Of a DNA stretch of 64,000 bases, positions 57,265 to 64,000 are shown piece after piece. Origin of the DNA: Candidatus Omnitrophota bacterium (GTDB taxonomy: Bacteria; Omnitrophota; Gorgyraeia; Zapsychrales; JANLHA01); NCBI GenBank assembly GCA_022711395.1, contig JAKLFA010000001.1, forward strand, positions 387,277 through 451,276. The letters are read 5' to 3'. Made by a program: the position numbers and the translations under genes. Each line of letters starts with the position of its first letter. Position 1 is the stretch's first letter. The notes under the pieces are model-generated. The model searched no databases and was not told the DNA's origin. It saw only the letters and a list, made by a program, of their open reading frames with translations.

Positions 57265-57762
57265 GTGGGGAGAAAACTTTTATTTTTGGCGGCGTGTCTG
57301 GTTGTGTTAAGCGGCTGTGCCACAGCGTCACGTTCTCAGAACCAGACGATGACAAGCCAGCTTCAGTTTCGGGTTGGAGATCTGGAGCGTCAGATCGAAG
57401 GTCGTGATCAGCAGATCAAACAGCTGGAATATGATGTCAAGGACCTGAGCTATGAAGTCGGCCGTCTTCAAGAGGAACTTAAACGCGCCCGAGGGGGATC
57501 GTCATCTCGCAGCACGTCTGGTTCTTCTGGTGCCGTTGCCCTTCCTGGTAAGGATGAGCCGATCATCCGTATCGATGTGGATCCTAAAGACGTTCAGACA
57601 GCATTGAAGAATGCGGGATATTATAGTGGAGCGATCGATGGAAAAGTCGGGTCAGGAACAAAAAGCGCCATTGTTCAGTTTCAGAAAGATAACAACCTTA
57701 AGGCGGATGGCCTTATGGGGAATCAGACCTGGAATGAATTAAAGGCGTTCTTGAACCGATAG
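57265..57762 (+). CDS. Lipoprotein with a C-terminal peptidoglycan-binding (PG_binding_1) domain.
   Basis: GTG start 5 nt after a perfect AAGGAGGG Shine-Dalgarno (SD) sequence. Lipobox LVVLSGC. C-terminal …ALKNAGYYSGAIDGKVGSGTKSAIVQFQKDNNLKADGLMGNQTW…. Confidence 0.7.
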   Translation: MGRKLLFLAACLVVLSGCATASRSQNQTMTSQLQFRVGDLERQIEGRDQQIKQLEYDVKDLSYEVGRLQEELKRARGGSSSRSTSGSSGAVALPGKDEPIIRIDVDPKDVQTALKNAGYYSGAIDGKVGSGTKSAIVQFQKDNNLKADGLMGNQTWNELKAFLNR

Positions 57763-57772
57763 AGCGGAGACG

Positions 57773-58375
57773 TTATCCAGCGATCAAAACGCCTTGAGGC
57801 GGGACGCGCGCTTTTTTCTGCCAGGGATGAGATTCGTTAGGGAGCTGTTTACAGATCGTATATTCGGTTTGAGTTGTCAAAGCAAGGGCGAGTTCTTTTA
57901 AAGATCTCGCCCCTGTTTTTTGAAGGCGGTTATTGTTGAATACGACAAACGATCCATCCATTTCGAACACGCAGACCGCGTGTGAGCTTTCGCGGTTGGA
58001 GAGGATCAGGATGTGGGGATCATAGCCTAAAAGAACGGCCACGCGTGAGGCGAGAAAGGCGAAATCCTCGCAATCTCCACTTTGTTTTTTGAGCGTCTCG
58101 ATCGGCGATGCCCAGGTGTCTTTCACGGGATCTTTGATGTAGGATGTATTTTCCGAAAGCCATTTCGCGAAATCCGAGATATCAGTGATGCCTCGGCTGC
58201 GCAGAAAAGACAGGAGCTCTTTATCAACGATGTCCGGGCCGGAGGAGAGGACGCCGTTTTTTTGGACTGTTCGAGTTTCTGCCTGGCGTGAAAGTAGCGG
58301 CAGTTCAGCGTGAACAGGGCCCAGCGGAAGGCTCGTAAGGAAGATGGTCGCGAGTAATACAGGTGTGAATTTCAT
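57773..58375 (-). CDS. Secreted transglutaminase-like cysteine protease superfamily protein.
   Basis: Start revised to ATG 58375 (MKFTPVLLATIFLTSLPLGPVHA signal peptide, GGAGAAG Shine-Dalgarno (SD) sequence). Core …QSGDCEDFAFLASRVAVLLGYDPHILIL…HAVCVF… has the Cys-His core of the TGase-like fold. Confidence 0.6.
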   Translation of the reverse strand: MKFTPVLLATIFLTSLPLGPVHAELPLLSRQAETRTVQKNGVLSSGPDIVDKELLSFLRSRGITDISDFAKWLSENTSYIKDPVKDTWASPIETLKKQSGDCEDFAFLASRVAVLLGYDPHILILSNRESSHAVCVFEMDGSFVVFNNNRLQKTGARSLKELALALTTQTEYTICKQLPNESHPWQKKARVPPQGVLIAG

Positions 58376-58463
58376 GAACTTCTCCAACTTGGCGTAAATA
58401 TGATAAGGGAGTTCAAATTCAAAGGGAAGAATTTTATAAAAATTTTTAGCACTGGGGCAAACA

Positions 58464-59111
58464 ATGAAAAACATGGATATTTTAGACCGTAAACCGGGCG
58501 GGCCGGATAACGCAGGGGTAACGGAACTCCGAAAGAAGATCGTTGAGCATTGCAAGAGCTTTAAGACCTCTTGGGTAAATCTCGGACAGGCGCTTTATCC
58601 GGCATGGAAAGATAAGTTGTATTACGGCTGGGGTTTTGAGAAGTTTGAACATTACGCTCGGGAAGAACTGGGGCTTAAGAAAGAAACAGCGCTGAAGCTT
58701 TTGAAGGTTTATTTTTTTACGGAGCAGACAGAGCCGTCTTATTTAAAGGAAGAATTCGTCCAGGAGAATGAGGCAGCGCATGTCCCCGGTTGCGATGAGA
58801 TCAATGTTTTGAGGTTGGCCCGTTCCAAAAAGGAATTGACCAAGGATGATTATCAGCAATTAAAAAAAGCTGTTTTTAAGGACGGAAAGGATGCGTCGCT
58901 TCTGCGCAAAGACCTGACGGCGCTCATGCGCGAACGTAAAGAGGTCGACCCGGATGAAGAGCGTCAGGAACGAAATGATGCTGCTATTCGTAAGCTTGCT
59001 TCAGCGATCAAAATTTTCAGTCGGGATATGGAAACCCTAAAAATGGCTCCTGCGGACCTTTTGGAGGAGGCAAGAAAGCTTTTGGATCGGTTGGAAAAAG
59101 AAGTTGAGTAG
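58464..59111 (+). CDS. Hypothetical protein (215 aa), charged and helical.
   Basis: Long ORF with coding-like composition. I recognise no family. Confidence 0.4.
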   Translation: MKNMDILDRKPGGPDNAGVTELRKKIVEHCKSFKTSWVNLGQALYPAWKDKLYYGWGFEKFEHYAREELGLKKETALKLLKVYFFTEQTEPSYLKEEFVQENEAAHVPGCDEINVLRLARSKKELTKDDYQQLKKAVFKDGKDASLLRKDLTALMRERKEVDPDEERQERNDAAIRKLASAIKIFSRDMETLKMAPADLLEEARKLLDRLEKEVE

Positions 59112-59140
59112 GGCTTTTTCATAAGGATGAGAGAAAAAGA

Positions 59141-59169
59141 TTGACATCCACACGCATGGGTGGTATATT
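59141..59169 (+). promoter_or_regulatory. Consensus sigma70 promoter (TTGACA-N17-TATATT) for lexA, with an imperfect inverted repeat in the spacer.
   Basis: TTGACA at 59141–59146, TATATT at 59164–59169. The spacer CCACACGCATGGGTGG reads CCAC-N8-GTGG. The ATG lies only ~9 nt after the -10. Confidence 0.55.
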
Positions 59170-59178
59170 AAAAACACT

Positions 59179-59778
59179 ATGGAAAATAACAAACTTACCG
59201 AAAAACAGCGTGATGTCCTGAAATATATTTACCGCAGGGTCAAAGAGGTCAACCTGCCGCCGACGATCCGTGAGATCGCGGAAGAATTCGGGTTTTCTTC
59301 TACGGGAACGGTCCGTGATTATTTGCGGGCCTTGGTCAAAAAGGGTTATATCAAGATCGAAGAGGGCAAATCCCGGGCGATTGAGCTTATGAAATCGAGT
59401 CTGTTTTCCCTTCCGATCCTCGGTAAAGTCCAGGCTGGCCTTCCCACGCTGGCCGTTGAGGAGATCGAAGGGTATCTTGATCTGGACAGTTTGGTCTTTT
59501 CTGATAATGACACCTTTGCCCTGCGCGTCAAGGGGGACAGCATGATCAATGCCGGGATCCTTCCGGATGACTTGGTCTTAGTCCGCCGTCAAACGATCGC
59601 GCAGACCGGCGAAATCGTGGTCGCCCTGGTAGGCACTGAAGAAGCGACCGTGAAATATCTCCGCAAACGCCCCAACGGTTATGTCCTGGATCCCGCCAAT
59701 CCGCGCTATGAGCCTATTCCGGTCAATGAAGATGTCGCCATTGTTGGGAAAGTCATCAGCGTGGTCCGAAGATTTTAA
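59179..59778 (+). CDS. lexA: LexA repressor.
   Basis: N-terminal wHTH (…LPPTIREIAEEFGFSSTGTVRDYLRAL…), an A-G cleavage region, and an S24 peptidase domain with VKGDSMINAGI and the catalytic Lys region. Confidence 0.95.
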   Translation: MENNKLTEKQRDVLKYIYRRVKEVNLPPTIREIAEEFGFSSTGTVRDYLRALVKKGYIKIEEGKSRAIELMKSSLFSLPILGKVQAGLPTLAVEEIEGYLDLDSLVFSDNDTFALRVKGDSMINAGILPDDLVLVRRQTIAQTGEIVVALVGTEEATVKYLRKRPNGYVLDPANPRYEPIPVNEDVAIVGKVISVVRRF

Positions 59779-59820
59779 GAAAGTATTTTTAAATGTGTTT
59801 CTTTCTTCACGGCAACCCCG

Positions 59821-61830
59821 GTGGGTGTTATAATGCAGCCCATGCCAACTCTAATTGACTATAAAAAAGAACTTAATCAGGCCCAGTATGAAGCGGTCGC
59901 TTCGATCGAGGGCCCTCATCTGGTTATCGCGGGCGCCGGCAGCGGGAAGACCCGGGTCCTGGTCTATCGCACCGCCTATCTTGTTGAGCAGGGGGTGGAT
60001 CCCCGCAGCATCCTTCTTTTGACGTTCACGCGCCGGGCCGCTTCACAAATGCTGGAACGGGCTTCGCATATTCTGGATGAACGTTGCCAGAACGTCTCCG
60101 GGGGGACGTTTCATTCGTTCGCAAATTTGACCCTTCGCCGTTTCGCGGACCGGATCGGATTGTCACGCGGTTTTTCTATTCTTGATGAGCAGGACGCTGA
60201 AAGCCTGGTTGGTATTTTGCGCAAGAAACGCGGTTTTGACAAATTGGACAAGAGGTTCCCGAAAAAAGCAACGCTTTATTCCGTGATCTCCAAAAGTATC
60301 AATAAATGCATGGATGTGGAAGAGGTCTTTTATGATGAATATCCTCAGCTTTGCCAGTGGGCTGAGCAGGCCGCTGTTCTGAAAAATGATTACGCCTTGG
60401 CTAAGCGGGACATGGGTGTTCTGGATTATGATGACCTGCTTATTTTTTTGAGGGATCTTTTGCAGCAGCATCAGGATATCCGCAGGTCGTTGAGCCGGCA
60501 ATACCGCTATATCATGGTCGATGAATACCAGGACACCAACCATATTCAGGCGCAGATCATCCGTTTGTTGACGGATGACCACGCCAATATTATGGTCGTC
60601 GGAGATGATTCTCAGAGCATTTACGCTTTTCGGGGGGCGCAGTTTCGGAACATCATTGATTTTCCCAACGCCTTCCCGGGCGCGAAGGTGGTCATGCTTG
60701 AGGAGAATTACCGCTCCTCCCAGCCGATCCTTGATCTGACCAACGAGGTCATTCAGTCGTCCCGTGAGAAATTTGACAAGGTGCTTTTTAGCCGCAGGCC
60801 GGGAAAGCAGCGCCCGAAATATGTCGACGTTTATCATGAAAATTCTCAGTCAAAATATATTACCAGACGGATCGCAGAACTCAGACAGGAGGGTGTTCCT
60901 TTGGGAGAGATCGCGGTGCTGTTCCGTTCGGGATGGCATTCCAATGATCTGGAGATCGAACTTTCCAGTTGGAGGATCCCGTTCGTGAAATACGGAGGGC
61001 AAAAATTCACTGAGGCTTCGCATGTGAAAGATGTGCTGGCGTATTTGAATATCATCCATAACCGGACACATGAGCTGGCCTGGCTGCGGGTCCTGATGAT
61101 GGTCAGGGGGATCGGTCCCAAATCCGCCGCGAACCTTACTCAACGCGTGGTCAGCTCCGCGCAGCTTCCTATGGATGCGCCTTCTGTCGTGAAGAACGCT
61201 GACCTAAGACGGCTGTTCGAGTCCCTGGCTAAGATCGATGCGGCCGCTCAAAAGCCGGCTGAGATCCTGGACGCGGTCTTGAATATGTATCATCCTTTTT
61301 TCATGGACCAATATGATGATTATGACAAACGGATCAATGACCTGGAATCTTTGCAGAGGATCATTCAGCGTTATTCGAGCCTGGAGGCTTTCTTATCCGA
61401 CCTGACCCTGGAACCGATGGAAAAAAGCGTTCTGGAGGCACAGCGGACGCAGAAGAAAGGAGATGTTTTAACGCTTTCGACGATCCATTCCGCCAAAGGG
61501 CTTGAGTGGCACACGGTTTTTCTCATTCATGTGTGTGAAGGATTTTTGCCGTCTTACAAAGCGCTGAACAGCCATGACGCGATCGAGGAAGAGCGCCGTT
61601 TGTTTTATGTGGCGACCACCCGGGCTAAAGAGAACTTGTATTTGTTACGGCCTCAGCGCAACTCATCAGTCCAGATGAACGCGGATGTTTTTTCTTCGCC
61701 TTATACGCGGGTCTCCAGGTTCATCGGAGAAGGCCGCATCCTCACGGATTATGTTGATATCGAGCAGACCTCTTTTGCGCCGGCAGCTACACGAGCATGG
61801 ACGGATGATTATTTTGATGCGACCTTTTGA
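59821..61830 (+). CDS. UvrD/PcrA/Rep-family ATP-dependent DNA helicase.
   Basis: …VIAGAGSGKTRVLVYR… (Walker A), …VDEYQDTN… (DEAD-like motif), …TIHSAKGLEWHTVFL…YVATTRAKENL…. Confidence 0.9.
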   Translation: MGVIMQPMPTLIDYKKELNQAQYEAVASIEGPHLVIAGAGSGKTRVLVYRTAYLVEQGVDPRSILLLTFTRRAASQMLERASHILDERCQNVSGGTFHSFANLTLRRFADRIGLSRGFSILDEQDAESLVGILRKKRGFDKLDKRFPKKATLYSVISKSINKCMDVEEVFYDEYPQLCQWAEQAAVLKNDYALAKRDMGVLDYDDLLIFLRDLLQQHQDIRRSLSRQYRYIMVDEYQDTNHIQAQIIRLLTDDHANIMVVGDDSQSIYAFRGAQFRNIIDFPNAFPGAKVVMLEENYRSSQPILDLTNEVIQSSREKFDKVLFSRRPGKQRPKYVDVYHENSQSKYITRRIAELRQEGVPLGEIAVLFRSGWHSNDLEIELSSWRIPFVKYGGQKFTEASHVKDVLAYLNIIHNRTHELAWLRVLMMVRGIGPKSAANLTQRVVSSAQLPMDAPSVVKNADLRRLFESLAKIDAAAQKPAEILDAVLNMYHPFFMDQYDDYDKRINDLESLQRIIQRYSSLEAFLSDLTLEPMEKSVLEAQRTQKKGDVLTLSTIHSAKGLEWHTVFLIHVCEGFLPSYKALNSHDAIEEERRLFYVATTRAKENLYLLRPQRNSSVQMNADVFSSPYTRVSRFIGEGRILTDYVDIEQTSFAPAATRAWTDDYFDATF

Positions 61831-61904
61831 TATTTTTATCTTGGAATAATATGGAAATGATGTATAGTTATTTTTTAAATGGTAACACGATTTAAGGGGA
61901 TGTT

Positions 61905-62684
61905 ATGGATATCAAGAAACCTTTAGTGATCCTGGATCTGGAAACAACCGGGACGTGGATCGAGAAGGACCGGATCATTGAGATCGCCATGGTCCGTTGC
62001 CTTCCGGATGGAAACCGCGCTGAATATGAACAGCGGGTCAACCCGGGGATGCCGATCCCTTTGGAGGCATCGGAGATCACAGGTATAACCGATCAGGATG
62101 TCAAGGACTCGCCCCGTTTTAAGGACATCGCTCAACAGGTCATGGCTTTTCTGGACGGCGCGGACATCGCCGGATTTAATGTCGAACGGTTCGATCTGCC
62201 TTTGCTGGCGAGGGAGTTTGCGGACGTGGGGCTTACTTTTAACTGGCAGGAACGAACGGTCTACGACGCGCAGAAGGTCTATCATCTCAATGAAAAACGG
62301 GATCTGACGGCGGCGTATTCTTTTTATTGCCATAAGGACCTGGAGGGTGCGCATTCGGCGCTGGCTGACACGCGCGCGACATTGGAGGTCTTGCAGGCGC
62401 AGGTCGTTAAATATGGGAAAGGACGCAACGATATCGAGGCCTTGGGGTCGTTCGATTATAAAACGCACGGTGATTATTATGACGCCGGTCGCAGGTTTCG
62501 CTGGTGGAACGGTGAGCTGTATATGATGTTCGGCAAATACGCCGGCAAAATGACCATAAAGGAAGTCGTTAAAAATGATCCTCGTTATCTTGAATGGATC
62601 CTTTCCGCGAACTTCAGCGAGGATATCAAGGACCTGGTTTCCGCCGCGTTGGAGGGGAAGTTCCCGGTTTATCCGCGCTCGTGA
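61905..62684 (+). CDS. DnaQ-like 3'-5' exonuclease (DEDDh) domain protein.
   Basis: LVILDLETTG (Exo I), …FNVERFDLPLL… (Exo II), …HSALADTRATLEVL (Exo III with His). Confidence 0.75.
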   Translation: MDIKKPLVILDLETTGTWIEKDRIIEIAMVRCLPDGNRAEYEQRVNPGMPIPLEASEITGITDQDVKDSPRFKDIAQQVMAFLDGADIAGFNVERFDLPLLAREFADVGLTFNWQERTVYDAQKVYHLNEKRDLTAAYSFYCHKDLEGAHSALADTRATLEVLQAQVVKYGKGRNDIEALGSFDYKTHGDYYDAGRRFRWWNGELYMMFGKYAGKMTIKEVVKNDPRYLEWILSANFSEDIKDLVSAALEGKFPVYPRS

Positions 62685-62769
62685 TGTGGAGTTGTCGCGG
62701 ACATAATTTTTCTTGAGTCAAGGGGCATTGCCCATTAAAATATTAAAAATTGATTGAACAGGGGGAGAT

Positions 62770-63378
62770 ATGAAAAATCAATGGCCATTCTGGTTGTTTC
62801 TGATCGTGATCGTGCTGGTAATCGTCTTTTCTTTGAATTATCAAAAAAAGTCCGAACCGGTCCATTTGGGGGAAATTTTTGAAGAAGGGACCACTCAAAA
62901 GATCGACTATGTTTATAAGCCTGAGGAAAACGTTGTTCAGACCGCAATCGGTGAGGAAGGTGTTCCTTTGGCCCCGGCGGTGAAGACTGCTGTTGAGCCT
63001 GTTGGTGCGCCGACAACCGCTTCTGTTCCTGCGCAGCCGGCGGTGAAGCCGGTTGTCCCGACAGCCCAGGTAACGTCAGCACCAGCCGTGTCGCCTGCCC
63101 CTGTTGCAACTTCCACGCAGCCTGCGCCAAGCGCGGCAGGAGATAAGTACGTGATACAGGTTTTGGCATCAAAAGACAAATCTTCCTCAGAAAAAGCTTT
63201 GGAACGTGTTCGTAAGAACGGTTTTGAATCAGCCTATCTCCAGACGGTTGACCTGGGCGAAAAAGGCACATGGTACCGGATCTATGTCGGAGGATTCAAG
63301 ACAAAAACTGAAGCGGACGCGTCTTTGGCCAAAGTCAAGAGTTCCTACAGCGATGCGTTTGTCCGATCTTTAAAATAA
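62770..63378 (+). CDS. SPOR-domain protein (single N-terminal TM, Pro/Ala/Val-rich linker, C-terminal SPOR).
   Basis: TM helix WPFWLFLIVIVLVIVF, low-complexity PAVKPVVPTAQ… linker, C-terminal …YVIQVLASKDKSSSEKALERVRKNGFESAYLQTVDLGEKGTWYRIYVGGFKTKTEADASLAKV…. Confidence 0.75.
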   Translation: MKNQWPFWLFLIVIVLVIVFSLNYQKKSEPVHLGEIFEEGTTQKIDYVYKPEENVVQTAIGEEGVPLAPAVKTAVEPVGAPTTASVPAQPAVKPVVPTAQVTSAPAVSPAPVATSTQPAPSAAGDKYVIQVLASKDKSSSEKALERVRKNGFESAYLQTVDLGEKGTWYRIYVGGFKTKTEADASLAKVKSSYSDAFVRSLK

Positions 63379-63396
63379 GAACACTGGAGAACACCG

Positions 63397-64000
63397 ATGC
63401 TGACCCGCAAACATTTTGTTTTTGGTATGTGCCTGACAGTTATCGCTTTTTCCTTTTTGGGCTGCAGCACGACACCGAAGGTTAAACGGGTCGATGTCGC
63501 CGACGTGATCGATATCAGCGGGCGCTGGAATGACACAGACGCGCGGGTGGCGGCTGAAAAAGTCATTGCTGATGCGGCTCAAAGCATGTGGAATCAGCAG
63601 TTCAGGGACAGTAACGGACGCAAACCCGTCGTGATAGTAGGCGATATTTTGAACCGCAGTCATGAGCAGATCGACACGCTTGTTGTCGTGAAGGCGTTCG
63701 AGCATGCCCTTTTGAATTCTGGCCAGATGAAGTTCGTGGCTTCACGCGATGAGCGCGCCGGCATACGCGAAGAGCGAAGGGATCAGAACACCGAAGGGCT
63801 GACGCGGCCGGATACGATCAAACCGATAGGACAGGAGACCGGCGCTGATTTCATGTTGATCGGGACTATCAATTCCGTGGTGGATGAGTACGGGCCGCGG
63901 TCGGTCGTTCTTTATCAGGTGAATATGGAAATCGTGGATATTACCACCAATGAGAAAGTTTGGTTTGGCCAGGCGAATATCAAGAAAACGGTCACAAAAA
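63397..64000 (+). CDS. Lipoprotein, LpoB-like (penicillin-binding-protein activator family). 3' end truncated by the window edge.
   Basis: ATG at 63397 after GGAGA. Lipobox FSFLGCS. …GDILNRSHEQIDT…GQETGADFMLIGTINSVVDEY…VLYQVNMEIVDI… resembles the LpoB/COG3417 core. Confidence 0.5.
   Translation, partial: MLTRKHFVFGMCLTVIAFSFLGCSTTPKVKRVDVADVIDISGRWNDTDARVAAEKVIADAAQSMWNQQFRDSNGRKPVVIVGDILNRSHEQIDTLVVVKAFEHALLNSGQMKFVASRDERAGIREERRDQNTEGLTRPDTIKPIGQETGADFMLIGTINSVVDEYGPRSVVLYQVNMEIVDITTNEKVWFGQANIKKTVTK

Noticed and set aside
60163-62468. Minus-strand ORFs (224 and 181 aa) within the uvrD-like helicase and exonuclease genes
   Set aside because: They are antisense to genes with canonical helicase and exonuclease motifs.

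Overview
This is a 64 kb chromosomal window from a Gram-negative-type bacterium. The gene content suggests an anaerobic lifestyle and probably an uncultivated lineage. The evidence is a Bcd/EtfAB module with a ferredoxin-fused EtfA, HemN-like radical SAM (rSAM) enzymes, an LpoB-like lipoprotein, SPOR domains, and a dockerin-bearing glycoside hydrolase. About 19 kb of accessory DNA (about 15.1–34.5 kb) is flanked by housekeeping genes.

Housekeeping genes:
- Left side (1–15 kb), 5' to 3': oppB' (partial)-oppC-oppD-oppF peptide ABC transporter; a GT-C/TPR membrane protein; glgC; an acyl-CoA dehydrogenase + etfB + ferredoxin-fused etfA operon on the minus strand; fabV and acpP on the plus strand; smc.
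- Right side (34.5–64 kb): a GGDEF diguanylate cyclase; cvpA-dnaG-rpoD; two tRNAs (Met/Ile2-CAU and Val-CAC); COG1579 Zn-ribbon protein plus rnhA, which overlaps the RNase P RNA gene; yebC-ruvC-ruvA-scpB; pheA-hisC-aroF-tyrA-cmk; lepA-lepB-plsY; a secreted clan GH-A glycoside hydrolase with two dockerin-like modules; lexA; a uvrD-family helicase; a DnaQ-like exonuclease; a SPOR-domain protein; a partial LpoB-like lipoprotein.

The accessory island (15.1–34.5 kb) is the interesting part. It contains:
- an 858-aa Cys/Thr-rich repeat protein with an Flp/Tad-pilin-like N-terminus;
- an 87-aa peptide ending in His-Gly-Ser repeats, i.e. a His-Xaa-Ser (Hxs) type peptide presumably modified by radical SAM enzymes. 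It is followed by an intrinsic-terminator-like attenuator hairpin;
- seven radical SAM enzymes: one HemN-like; one fused to a HisC-like PLP aminotransferase domain; a convergent pair of SPASM-type (C-terminal Cys-rich extension) enzymes that are HxsB/HxsC candidates, with small HxsD-like proteins; and three tandem small paralogs;
- an A24 (TadV/CpaA-type) prepilin peptidase-like membrane protein;
- two GT-C membrane proteins, a stand-alone PEP-utilizing phosphohistidine swivel domain, and several secreted Cys-containing proteins.

The Hxs family has, as far as I recall, only been described bioinformatically. The expanded seven-enzyme version seen here looks undescribed. I found no CRISPR arrays, IS elements or integrases.
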